Part shown: one piece after another, positions 41,153 through 50,618 of the stretch
Position numbering within the stretch: position 1 is the first letter of the stretch
Layout of the letters: the number at the start of each line of letters is the position of its first letter
Source: an uncultured Desulfobacter sp.
GTDB lineage: Bacteria; Desulfobacterota; Desulfobacteria; Desulfobacterales; Desulfobacteraceae
Length of the DNA: 64,000 nucleotides
Reading direction: 5' to 3'
Assembly: GCA_963665095.1 (NCBI GenBank)
Contig: OY762069.1
Span: forward strand, 2,208,001-2,272,000
Made by a program: the position numbers and the translations under genes
Notes under the pieces: generated by a model
What the model was told of the DNA's origin: nothing
Seen by the model: the letters and a program-made list of their open reading frames with translations, nothing else
The model's database searches: none

Positions 41153-42502
41153 CTATCTGGCCTTAAAGGGGGATGCGCCGATACCGGGCCAGATACGCAA
41201 CACGCCGAACAAGGCCCTGATGCCAATCCACAGGATGGTAACGGCCCAGATCCAGGTCAGGGCATGGGCGGATGTCATATCCACCAGAAATAAAAGCCCG
41301 ATGCAGAACAGGGTCCCCAGCAGCATGACATTGCGTAAAAACTTGAAATCTCCGGTGCCCCAGTGGATACCGTCCGTTCCAAAGGCAACCCCGTTCACCG
41401 GCTGAAACAGGCAGGTCACCAGCCAGGCCGGCCGGAAAACCGCCACAGCCGTATCTGGCACAAGCATGGCCTCAATCAGAGGCCGGCCAAGGATCATGGC
41501 CACCCCGATCATGCCCCCGATCATCCCGGCCCAGAAACAGACGATACCGGCCACCCGCCGGACCTGTTCCGGCCAGTGGGCACCGAGAAAATACCCCACC
41601 AGACTCTGCCCGGTAAGGGCGTGGGCATCAAGGAAAAGCGCAGTAAAAACCCAGAACTGCCGGATAGCCTGGTGGGCAGCGCCTGAGTCCGCCCCCACCA
41701 GCGTGGCCTGCCTGGTGGTCAAAAGAATAAACACTGTCAGCATACCGGTGCGGATAAATATATCCCCGCCGATCTGAAGTAGTTTTACAGCATCCTGAAG
41801 CCGGATATTCTTTGACACCCCAACGCCGGTAACAATGGCCCATACTGCCCAGGCCGCCCCGATCCACTGACTGACGCTGCTGGCCACCGCAGCCCCGGCC
41901 GCCCCAAACGCAGGCACCGGCCCCAGCCCGAAAATCAGCACCACATCCAGAAAAACATTGAGAATATTGACCGCCACAGCAATTTTAAACGGCGTTTTCA
42001 TATCCTGCATGCCGCGCATAATGCCAAACGCGGCAATTGAAACCAGAACAGCCGGCCCGCCAAACAGGCGGATGGTAAAATAGGCGGATGCCATGGCATG
42101 CATCTTCTGGTCAGCCCCCATAAACCGCACGATCCCATCGGAGAAAGGATACAGCAGCACAATAAGCGCAAGCCCGATGGCTGCGGCCATGAGAAGTGCC
42201 AGGGAATTAATCTGCCGTATCCGCGCCATATCCTTTTGCCCCAGTGCATTGGCAACCTCGGTCTGGGTACCGACGGTCAGAAAATTAAACACCCACAAAA
42301 TGCTGGATAGTGAGGTGGCACCCACCCCGACAGCAGCCAGGGAGACCGATCCTAACCGGGAAATAAACGAGGTGTCGCATAAACCGGTCAACGGCTCTGC
42401 CACCAGGGAGAGCAAAAGGGGCAGCGACATGGAAAAAAGGGTAAAATGCGGCGATCGCACAAAAGGATGATTCCGGGGGTCTGTTGATTCTGGTGCAGCC
42501 AT
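41153..42502 (-). CDS. MATE efflux transporter (DinF-like)
   Basis: EPL.GL.DT.FI..LG, RGMQDMKTP, NVFLD, about 12 TMs. Confidence 0.92.
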   Translation of the reverse strand: MAAPESTDPRNHPFVRSPHFTLFSMSLPLLLSLVAEPLTGLCDTSFISRLGSVSLAAVGVGATSLSSILWVFNFLTVGTQTEVANALGQKDMARIRQINSLALLMAAAIGLALIVLLYPFSDGIVRFMGADQKMHAMASAYFTIRLFGGPAVLVSIAAFGIMRGMQDMKTPFKIAVAVNILNVFLDVVLIFGLGPVPAFGAAGAAVASSVSQWIGAAWAVWAIVTGVGVSKNIRLQDAVKLLQIGGDIFIRTGMLTVFILLTTRQATLVGADSGAAHQAIRQFWVFTALFLDAHALTGQSLVGYFLGAHWPEQVRRVAGIVCFWAGMIGGMIGVAMILGRPLIEAMLVPDTAVAVFRPAWLVTCLFQPVNGVAFGTDGIHWGTGDFKFLRNVMLLGTLFCIGLLFLVDMTSAHALTWIWAVTILWIGIRALFGVLRIWPGIGASPFKAR

Positions 42503-42634
42503 GGCTCAGGGCTCTTTCACTTCATTGGACCATCCGCATGATGATCGCCTGCTTTCTGGCACAATCATTACCGGACGCGTTGCATGTAAAAGTTTACATC
42601 TTAAGGCCGGACCATTTTTTGTCAAGCTGATCTT

Positions 42635-42664
42635 TTTGAAATCCTTTGAAATCCTTTGAAATCC
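42635..42664. repeat. 10-bp tandem repeat x3
   Basis: (TTTGAAATCC)3 in the MATE/fmdE divergent intergenic region. Confidence 0.9.
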
Positions 42665-42766
42665 CAAGATAAGCCTTAAAACAGTTTTGTAATCTTTATT
42701 GCCGGAATTTTCAAAGGGATTTAATCCTTGACACAATCACTACCTGTATGTTTAAAGGCCTAATCA

Positions 42767-42823
42767 ATGCGCTATGAAAGCGCACCGAGTATTTTTAGTT
42801 CCCCCAGATATTGTGGTATCTGA
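42767..42823 (+). CDS. Candidate leader peptide MRYESAPSIFSSPRYCGI
   Basis: AAAGG 8 nt upstream of the ATG; followed directly by a terminator-like hairpin. Confidence 0.35.
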   Translation: MRYESAPSIFSSPRYCGI

Positions 42824-42832
42824 TCTTAAATC

Positions 42833-42892
42833 AAGCCAGGAAGGCCAGGTAGAAGAAAAATTGTTCTTCTATATTCGGTTCCTGGTTTTTTT
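42833..42892 (+). terminator. Leader (attenuator-like) intrinsic terminator upstream of fmdE
   Basis: AAGCCAGGAA ... TAGAAGAA/TTCTTCTA ... TTCCTGG followed by T7. Confidence 0.6.
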
Positions 42893-43009
42893 ATAAACAA
42901 ATGCTTTAAGTGGCCCGGTTTTGGCTGCCTGGATTTGCATAACATGGCCATACAGCAAATATATTTTAATAAGGCTGTTGATTGAACAGGAATGATAAAG
43001 GAGTTATCT

Positions 43010-43630
43010 ATGTCAGAAAAGCAGATTGATAAAGAAGCGTTGTTTCAGAAATGTCTTGATTTTCACGGTCATCTCTGCCCCGGACTTACCATGGGCTTTC
43101 AGGCTGCCATGGCCGGTATGGAGTTCTTATCCGAAGCAAGGTCCCAGGATGAAGAAATTGTGGCCATTGTTGAAACAGATGCCTGCGGCACGGATGCCAT
43201 CCAGGTGGTGACCGGATGCACCTTTGGAAAAGGTAATTTTATTTACAAAGATTACGGCAAAACCGCATTCACCTTTTTCAGCCGAAACTCAGGCAATGGG
43301 GTTCGTATCGCCAAAAAGCATGACCCCAAACCACTTTTAAGCACCAGGCATCAGCAATTGATCGAAATGATCAGAAAAGGAGAGGCCGGCAAGGCCGAAC
43401 AGGATGAATTCTGGGAAATCCATAAGGCAAAAGCCATGGAGGTTCTGGATCAGGACCCGGAAAATTTGTTTACCATTACAAAGGTCACCATTCCCACGCC
43501 TGCCAAAGCAAAAATAGAGCCGTCGGTGCAGTGCGACAGGTGCAAGGAACCCACCATGGCCTCAAAGCTGACCCAGGTGGAGAACCAGTCTTTATGCCGG
43601 GGCTGCATGGAGGCTATCGAGATGGCCTGA
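43010..43630 (+). CDS. FmdE family protein with C-terminal zinc finger
   Basis: FHGHLCPG, ETDACG.DAIQ..TGCTFGKGN, CDRC ... CRGC. Confidence 0.92.
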   Translation: MSEKQIDKEALFQKCLDFHGHLCPGLTMGFQAAMAGMEFLSEARSQDEEIVAIVETDACGTDAIQVVTGCTFGKGNFIYKDYGKTAFTFFSRNSGNGVRIAKKHDPKPLLSTRHQQLIEMIRKGEAGKAEQDEFWEIHKAKAMEVLDQDPENLFTITKVTIPTPAKAKIEPSVQCDRCKEPTMASKLTQVENQSLCRGCMEAIEMA

Positions 43631-43635
43631 AATAA

Positions 43636-43678
43636 TAAATGGTATCAGGACAGACCCAACACCGCCTGATACCATTTA
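43636..43678. terminator. Bidirectional terminator between convergent genes
   Basis: TAAATGGTATCAGG ... CCTGATACCATTTA (14-bp stem). Confidence 0.75.
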
Positions 43679-43681
43679 AAT

Positions 43682-45775
43682 CTATTTTGCCAGACTGGGA
43701 AAAAGCTTCATATCTGTGTGGGGTAGAAACTGGGCCTGGACAAACTCGTCCATAAACCGGCTGGAACTTGAAAAGTCCACATAGGTCATGGCATTGGAAA
43801 TCTCAATCGCCTTTCTACGGAACATACCGGACATTAACGCCATATATGCCCCTGCAATGGAACTGTTTCCCATGTATCGGAATTTTGCCCGGTCAATATC
43901 GGGCAAAAGCCCGATGCGAACAGCCTTTTCAATATTTAGATACTGACCGAACCCGCCGGTGATAATGAATTGCTCCACCGCGGAAAAATCCATTCCGATC
44001 TGCTCAAGAAGTGAAATAAAACCGGCAAAAACAGCTGCTTTGCTTAGAACCAGGCTGCGGATATCTGACTCCGTGAAAATGATATCCTCGCTTGTTCCGG
44101 CTTTTTCACTGGATTCAATAATAAATGCCGGTTCCTCCTTAAACCATGTCATGCGGGGATGTTCGTCGTCCAGTTTGAATTTGCCGTCCTGGCCGATCAC
44201 GCCCTTGTCCAGCATCTCGGATAAAAGATCAATCATGCCTGAACCACATATACCCCGGGCAGGCCTGTCTTCCACGGTTGCATAGTCGGGGACAAATGTG
44301 GACGGATCCAGGGTAACTTTTTCAATGGCCCCGTCTTCGGCCCTCATGCCCCAGCGGATACCTCCGCCCTCAAAGGCAGGGCCTGCCGAACAGGCCGCAG
44401 TCATGAGAAATTCATTGGAGCCAAGCACAATCTCACCATTGGTTCCTATATCAATAAACATGGTCAGGGGCGTTTTGTCATAAAAGCCTGTATACAAAAC
44501 CCCTGAAACAATGTCTCCGCCCACATATCCGGCAGGCCCCGGCATAATAAATACGCCCGCATAGTAGGCAGCTTTCAGTCCAATTTCACCTGCTTTTAAA
44601 ATGGGGAATTCAGACACCGTGGGAATATAAGGCTCACGGCGTATGTAGGCGGCGTCTATGCCCAAAAGCAGATGAATCATGGTGGTATTACCTGAGATGA
44701 CCACATTTTCAATGTTGTTATGGGTCTCTTCAAGGGATGACAGGGCCCTGGCACTTAAGTTGTTGATGGTGGAAACCGCCATTTTTTTCAGCTTGCTCAC
44801 CCCGTCCCTTTCAGAACAGACAATCCGGTTAATGACGTCATCTCCACAGGCCGCCTGACTGTTATGCCCCGAGGCGCCTGCAATAATTTTTCCTGTGGCC
44901 ATCTCCACCACATAGACTACAATGGAGGTGGTCCCAAGGTCCACGGCAAGTCCCAGCGACCTTGACGCCAGGTGGACCGGCCGAACATCCACGATTTCGG
45001 AAGAACATTTTTTTTCAAGAATCGACGCCTGCACATGCCAGTTATCTTCCCGCACCGCCCGGGTCAGTTGCCGCATGACCCGGATGCCGGTACTCACTTT
45101 TTCAGTATTGATATCCTGCTGCCTTAAAGCGCGCTTCAGGCGCTCAAGGTCGCTCACAGTATCGTCCAGAGTGGGGGCTGACATCTCCAGGGTATATTTT
45201 TTCACCATGGGATCAGGGGTCATGACAAGACCCAGAAGTTTTTCCGTAGCCTGACTTCCCATGCCCACAGCCCTGAGCTTTTTTTCCAGGGTCTCTTCGG
45301 GTATGCGCACCACCACATCCCCGTCCACCCGTGCCTGACACCCAAGAACCATCCCCTGCTTGCGTTCACTGTCACTCAGCAGCGATGTGTGGGTTCCGTT
45401 AAGAACTGTGCCTGATTCCACAATCAGCCGGCATTTGCCGCAGGAGCCCTTTCCATTGCACGAGGCGTTCACGTACACATCCGCATCCAAAGCCGCTTCA
45501 AGCAGTGTGGTTCCCTTTGGTACTGTAACGGTAATATCTTCAGGCTTAAAATGGATTGAACATGTAAGGGCGGCTTTTTCCGGCAAACCTGCTTCATCTG
45601 CCTGGTCTGCATCTTTAAACCCTTTTTTGGATATAAAATGAATGGGGCAGGAAGATCTGAACTTACAGTAGATATCAGGATCCCGACACGCCAGACACTC
45701 CTCACACAGGTAGATCTGATGCTTCATACAAAGGTAACTGGTTTCACGATCCGGATGATTGATGCAATAGCCCAT
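43682..45775 (-). CDS. ASKHA-domain reductive activator of corrinoid proteins (RACo/DUF4445) with [2Fe-2S] domain and extra N-terminal Cys/His domain
   Basis: CNGKGSCGKC, DLGTT, GNTTM.H, DIGTNGE, CSAGPAFEG, GICGSG; AAGGAGG RBS before ATG 45775. Confidence 0.88.
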   Translation of the reverse strand: MGYCINHPDRETSYLCMKHQIYLCEECLACRDPDIYCKFRSSCPIHFISKKGFKDADQADEAGLPEKAALTCSIHFKPEDITVTVPKGTTLLEAALDADVYVNASCNGKGSCGKCRLIVESGTVLNGTHTSLLSDSERKQGMVLGCQARVDGDVVVRIPEETLEKKLRAVGMGSQATEKLLGLVMTPDPMVKKYTLEMSAPTLDDTVSDLERLKRALRQQDINTEKVSTGIRVMRQLTRAVREDNWHVQASILEKKCSSEIVDVRPVHLASRSLGLAVDLGTTSIVVYVVEMATGKIIAGASGHNSQAACGDDVINRIVCSERDGVSKLKKMAVSTINNLSARALSSLEETHNNIENVVISGNTTMIHLLLGIDAAYIRREPYIPTVSEFPILKAGEIGLKAAYYAGVFIMPGPAGYVGGDIVSGVLYTGFYDKTPLTMFIDIGTNGEIVLGSNEFLMTAACSAGPAFEGGGIRWGMRAEDGAIEKVTLDPSTFVPDYATVEDRPARGICGSGMIDLLSEMLDKGVIGQDGKFKLDDEHPRMTWFKEEPAFIIESSEKAGTSEDIIFTESDIRSLVLSKAAVFAGFISLLEQIGMDFSAVEQFIITGGFGQYLNIEKAVRIGLLPDIDRAKFRYMGNSSIAGAYMALMSGMFRRKAIEISNAMTYVDFSSSSRFMDEFVQAQFLPHTDMKLFPSLAK

Positions 45776-45941
45776 TGGTGCCTCCTTGTGGAAGATATCC
45801 GTTTCAATTTGTCCGGTCCCCCTGGGCACCGTCATGGGCACAACAGTGTTTTTCAGGGGGACCGCACATAAGAAATATTAGAAATTCAAATAGTTATCAA
45901 TTAGTTCATAGTCGTTTTTCATCAATTCATCAATACAATTT

Positions 45942-47969
45942 TTACTCTTTTTTGCCATACCCCATGGGCAGCTGCTTAAACCGGCCGCCGTGAATAATGG
46001 GATCGCCTTTATACCCTAACGCTTTGAAGTTAATATAATCGGTTTTATTGATCAGATGCTCAACATCCCTTCCCTTGGATTTCATATAAGAGAAGTCCGT
46101 TCCCTTATGGGCGATCTTTTTAAAATCCACGTTCCGGTTATCCTGGTGACACCGGTTGCAGGTCTGTTCTCCGGTCAGGCTTTCATGGCACTGAACACAG
46201 GAAAGGGCCATATCCGCCGGCATGACTTCGTGTTCCAGGCGCCAGTACATCCAGGTTTCCTTCCATTTATACGACCCAGAATAAGGCAGATTCACAGCAC
46301 TCATACCGTCGACAAAAGCCTTGTCCCAGTCCAGATTTTTCCAGTATGCGGTTTTATCCTCCTTGTTTCTTGGGAAAAGATGGGGCACCAGGATCAACTC
46401 ATGGTCCGCATCCACCGCCTGAATTCCTTTCATGATTTTAAACGGCGTAATTTTGGAAGTCGGATCTTTTATAGACCCCACAGGGGTAGTCAGGTTAATT
46501 ACATCTGCGTTGAGATCCACCTTGTCCCCCATCAGCACCCGGTCCATGTATCCTGAAAACCATTGATAATCAGGTACGGCTGATTCCTCCCATTTAAACT
46601 CGCCCTTTTTCCAGTTATAGTCCGGCTTGCCGTATTTATCCATTTCAGGCTTGCGTTTCTTGTCCCCTGCTTTTGACCAGTCCCAGAACGTCTTGGTGGG
46701 CTTGCATTTGGCAAACACCGGAGAGTGGCAAACGTTGCAGTCCAGAGTTTTGCAGTGGTTGTTCAGGTGGTGATCTAAAAGCTCGCCACTGTAATGGGGC
46801 GCCTTGCCGTGGCAATCTTCGCATGACACAGCACCCTCAGCCGCCGGTACCGAGGTGCTGCGGCCGGCAATCTTGTGATTCCGGGTCTTATGGCACTGGG
46901 TACAGGTAAAGTCATATCCGCCCATGTGAATGTCACAGCTTCTTTCCGGCGTGAGTAACTGCCGGGACATATCTGCGTGCTTAATGGCATCCCCTCCCCC
47001 GCCGTTAAAGTGGCAGGAGCCGCAGGTTGCCCTGCTGGAATGCCCCACATGCTGGGCAACTTTTTTTAAATCAACATCTTTTTCCGGCATACCGGCTGCC
47101 GGTGGTGCTTTTTTATAAGTACCGGTGGTGTCATGACACACCAGACAGTCCATTTTTGTTTTATCTGTAAAATCAAAATTTTCGTCTTTCCAACCATATC
47201 CTGCATGACAGCTTGTGCAACGAGCCTCGTTGCTGATAGGGCTGATTCAGTAGTTGTTCAGGGCTGTGGTGCCCTTGCCGTGAAGAATATCCTTTCGATG
47301 ACCTGTGGTGTACGGAGACGGTCCACGCCACAGCCAGTGGGCCGTGGTCAGCATATCTTCCCCCTGGGTCTCGTGGCAACGGAGACACTCCGCTGTCACC
47401 TGAAATACATCCGCATTGTCAGGCAGGTTGACAAGTTCCTTGTGGTCAGGCACATTCTTCAAATGACACCCCTTGCAGTCTGTGGGGCCTTTGGCTTCAG
47501 CCTGATGGCACTCCATGCACTGCTGGTGGTAGGCGGCTTTGAGTCCGATCCGTTCAGGATGTTCCGGATTAAAGGCGTCCTGATGGCAGGCCGAACACCT
47601 TGTCGTCTCAAGGGCCGCTTCATTCAGGGGCCGGTAATGATGACATTTGGTGCAGTCCTGGATAAGTGCTGCATGCCGTTTGTGAGCAAACCGCACCGGC
47701 TCGTAATGATCTTCCCGTTTTTTGATAATCGGGCTGTCCAGAAGAAAATATACATCCGTGATATCCGACAGGGAGAGCCCTTCTTTTAAGAGCCGCATTT
47801 TTCGTTCAATCTGGTGCTCGTCTTTATATGCTTTAACAAAGGGCACCGCCTCTTTTGCCCTATCCCTGGCCTGCTCCTGGTCCGGGGCTGTCCACGCTTT
47901 GGCGGCAAGGCAGGGAGCCGGTAAAACCAGACCCATACCTGCCAGAATGATCAAGAACTTTTTAATCAT
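45942..47969 (-). CDS. Exported 13-heme cytochrome c (c3-like + octaheme tetrathionate-reductase family), predicted selenocysteine at TGA 47247-47249; 675 aa
   Basis: The two track ORFs share a frame, joined by GKGTTALNNY-U-ISPISNEARCTSCHAGYGW; 13 CXXCH motifs; signal peptide. Confidence 0.85.
47217..47246 (-). promoter_or_regulatory. Candidate SECIS element of the multiheme cytochrome
   Basis: mRNA UGA-AUCAGCCCUAUCA-GCAACGA-GGC-UCGUUGC; loop G at +24/+25. Confidence 0.7.
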
Positions 47970-47980
47970 GGTACCCTCCT

Positions 47981-49165
47981 TTAAGATTTCTGAAGAACCG
48001 GTAAATACGTCACGGCGATCCTGTAAATGAACATCAGTGTTGCGATAAGGCCAAACGTCACCATCATCTCACCGATGGAGGGGAAATATCCCGGATCACT
48101 CAACGGTGGCTTGAATCCCACAATAAAAACATTGATTCTGTTTAACACCACCCCGCCCACAATCAGCGTTGCCGCCGTAAAAAGGCCCTTTCTTGAGGTC
48201 CTCACCTGTCTGAATAACAGCATGAACCAGGGCAGGATAACGCCGAATACCATTTCAGCAATGAAGGAGTTTGTCTGGGCAGTCCCGTCAAAAAGGTAGA
48301 CCCAGGTTCCCCGGACTGCCATGTCTCCGACCTTAAGGGCCATATAGATGCCTAAAAGAAAAATGGTGATCCGGGTCAGAGGTGAAAGGATCTGCATTTC
48401 AGTATCAAGTTTAAATGAGGATGTGGCAATGGTGGTTTCAAATACCACCATGGGATAGCCCACCGCAAAAGCAGATGTTAAAAACAGCAGCGGCAAAATG
48501 GGCGTGTACCACAAAGGATGCAGCTTGGTGGGGGCAACAAGCATTAAAGACCCCAGGCTTGACTGGTGCATGCAGGAGAGAACCACCCCCAGGATAATCA
48601 ATACCCACATGATTTTTCCCACAATGGCATCACCAATTGACAACACCAACTCTACCAAACTGTTCAAGGAAGCAAGGGCCCCCGGCAGGTTCACCCGCCC
48701 TTTGAATTGCTCGGCCACAATGGGAAAAAATTCAAGGTAAAGCACATTGAGGTAGCACATTACGCACATGGCCACTTCAAAAAGCACGGAATTCGGATTC
48801 CAGTTAAACATGGGCTTCCAGATGGCCCAGGACCGGCCGATGTCCACAATCAGCCCCAGAACCACAAAGGTATAGCCAAGTACGGCAGTCAGAAGGGCCG
48901 GGCGGGTGACCGGTTCATAATAGTGCCGGCCGAATATATGGGCCAGGGCTGCTGTGGTAAAACCGCCGGCAGCCAGAGCCACCCCGGTGGCCACATCCAC
49001 CCCCACCCAAAGGCCCCAGGGCCGGGCAGTACTTAAGTTGGCCACATATCCGATGCCGCCTGTAAACCGTGCAATGATCGCAAACGCACCTGCGATCATA
49101 AAAACCAGCATGACCAGAACGCCAGGAGTCCAGAAAGGCGTTTTTAACGCTGCAGGTTTATGCAT
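47981..49165 (-). CDS. NrfD/PsrC family membrane anchor (HybB/HmcC-like)
   Basis: [41 protein letters not shown] before ATG 49165. Confidence 0.9.
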   Translation of the reverse strand: MHKPAALKTPFWTPGVLVMLVFMIAGAFAIIARFTGGIGYVANLSTARPWGLWVGVDVATGVALAAGGFTTAALAHIFGRHYYEPVTRPALLTAVLGYTFVVLGLIVDIGRSWAIWKPMFNWNPNSVLFEVAMCVMCYLNVLYLEFFPIVAEQFKGRVNLPGALASLNSLVELVLSIGDAIVGKIMWVLIILGVVLSCMHQSSLGSLMLVAPTKLHPLWYTPILPLLFLTSAFAVGYPMVVFETTIATSSFKLDTEMQILSPLTRITIFLLGIYMALKVGDMAVRGTWVYLFDGTAQTNSFIAEMVFGVILPWFMLLFRQVRTSRKGLFTAATLIVGGVVLNRINVFIVGFKPPLSDPGYFPSIGEMMVTFGLIATLMFIYRIAVTYLPVLQKS

Positions 49166-50087
49166 CTTTGCCTCCTTTCTCCAAGTCTTTCTCTTTTTCC
49201 GCGCCCGGCTTATTTGAAACGCGCATGAATAGACCCAGGATGCTGAAAAGGGCGATGGGCGACCACAGGTAGCTGAACAGGGAGTGCTGAATGGTTTCAG
49301 ACAGTTTGGGCATGGGTTTTTCCGGCAGCACCGGCAGATTGACCTTTTCAAAGGGCACAGCTGAAATATAGAGCCACGAGGTGCCGCCCACCTCCTTTTC
49401 CCCGTAAATATGATTGATATATTTCCCGGGATTTTCAGTGACTCTTTTTTTCGCCACCTTGAGCAGGGTCTGCCTTTTCCCGAAGGTCAGTGCTTCAGTG
49501 GGGCAGATGGTGGCACACCCGGGAAGTCCGCCTTCCTTTGAGATCCTGTCATAGCAGAATGTGCACTTCATCACCCGGGGGGTGACAGGGTCAAAGTACT
49601 CATAGGCCGGGATCTCAAACGGGCAGGCCACCATGCAGTACCGGCAGCCGATGCACTTGTCCTTATCGTACCGCACAGCACCGGTCTCATCTTTGGTCAA
49701 TGCCCCCACAATACAGGCGGAGACGCAGGCCGGATCCTGGCAGTGCATACACTGGACCTTGGCAAAGGTCGGCACCGGCTTTTGAAACGCATCCACGGTT
49801 CCTGTGAAGTACCGGTTAACCACCGTATAGGCTTTGTCATCAGGCCTTCGTTTGGTTTCAAAAATAGTACACTGGCAGTTGGGTCGTTCCGGAGCCGGTA
49901 AATGATTTACTTCCGCACATGCCTCCTCACATTTCCGACAACCCACACACCGTGTCAGATCCACCAGACATCCGAACGGGTCCGGAGGGGCTTTGGATTC
50001 CCAGGCACTGGCAGAAGAAGGTGCTGCCGCTACTGCAGCACCGGCAGCACCCATGACTTTAAAAAATCTGCGTCTGCTAAGTTGCAT
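49158..50087 (-). CDS. Tat-exported 4Fe-4S protein (HybA/HmcB-like)
   Basis: SRRRFFK signal; [29 protein letters not shown]-terminal TM. Confidence 0.92.
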   Translation of the reverse strand: MQLSRRRFFKVMGAAGAAVAAAPSSASAWESKAPPDPFGCLVDLTRCVGCRKCEEACAEVNHLPAPERPNCQCTIFETKRRPDDKAYTVVNRYFTGTVDAFQKPVPTFAKVQCMHCQDPACVSACIVGALTKDETGAVRYDKDKCIGCRYCMVACPFEIPAYEYFDPVTPRVMKCTFCYDRISKEGGLPGCATICPTEALTFGKRQTLLKVAKKRVTENPGKYINHIYGEKEVGGTSWLYISAVPFEKVNLPVLPEKPMPKLSETIQHSLFSYLWSPIALFSILGLFMRVSNKPGAEKEKDLEKGGKDA

Positions 50088-50148
50088 TGAACCTCCTTGA
50101 GAATATTAACCGTTATTTTTTAAGCCACTTATTACCTTCACTGTCTTC

Positions 50149-50388
50149 TTATCCGGACCCTTCTTTTTTAAGGATACCCAGACAGATATAATCCATATGC
50201 TTTTTGTGGTATAAAAGCGCATCATCCGATCGCTGGACGAGCAATTTTAAATTTCTTGCCACCTCTTCATCGTTTAAAATCACTTCGAGCCTCTCTCCTT
50301 TTTTCATGGCATTCAGGCAGTTTTTGAATTGGAGCAGATCCAGGGGAAAAATGATGCCCCGTATATCCAAAACCTTTTTTTCTGCCAT
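50149..50388 (-). CDS. TusA/SirA-like protein lacking the CPxP cysteine
   Basis: LDIRGIIFPLDLL ... MKKGERLEVI.ND; GGAGGAGG RBS. Confidence 0.7.
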   Translation of the reverse strand: MAEKKVLDIRGIIFPLDLLQFKNCLNAMKKGERLEVILNDEEVARNLKLLVQRSDDALLYHKKHMDYICLGILKKEGSG

Positions 50389-50432
50389 ACCTCCTCCACG
50401 GATAAAGAAGAGTTGTAATTGAGGCATTGATG

Positions 50433-50448
50433 TGCAACAGGTGTGCCT
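50433..50448 (-). promoter_or_regulatory. Sigma-54 promoter of the tusA-hybA-nrfD-cytochrome operon
   Basis: Minus strand AGGCAC-ACCTG-TTGCA, about 45 nt before the ATG. Confidence 0.75.
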
Positions 50449-50509
50449 TTGTTTCCGAGAATTGTAACCTGTTCATTTCATGAAATTTTTTTTTAAATTT
50501 ATTGCCCAA

Positions 50510-50580
50510 TGTTAAAGCAAGTGTTAAATTAGTTTAAACAGGTGTTAAATTTTAGGAAGCACTTTAAACACATGTTTAAA
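50510..50580. promoter_or_regulatory. Candidate activator-binding sites (TGTT(T)AAA repeats and palindromes)
   Basis: TGTTAAA at 50510, 50522 and 50543; palindrome TTTAAACA-CA-TGTTTAAA at 50563-50580. Confidence 0.55.
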
Positions 50581-50618
50581 ATGGTCTCTTTTGCCCAACC
50601 TGACTGGAGACAGACCTG

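Noticed and set aside
42760..42892. T-box, cobalamin, SAM or Moco riboswitch assignment
   Set aside because: I could not find their core consensus motifs by eye; kept only as an unclassified leader.
47154..47249. Two separate cytochrome genes (240 aa and 403 aa)
   Set aside because: The gap is in frame and encodes a CXXCH; the downstream ORF has no signal peptide or clear RBS.
49166..49351. Cys-rich N-terminal extension of the NrfD protein
   Set aside because: Overlaps the hybA-like gene; the real start is ATG 49165 with an AAAGGAGG RBS.
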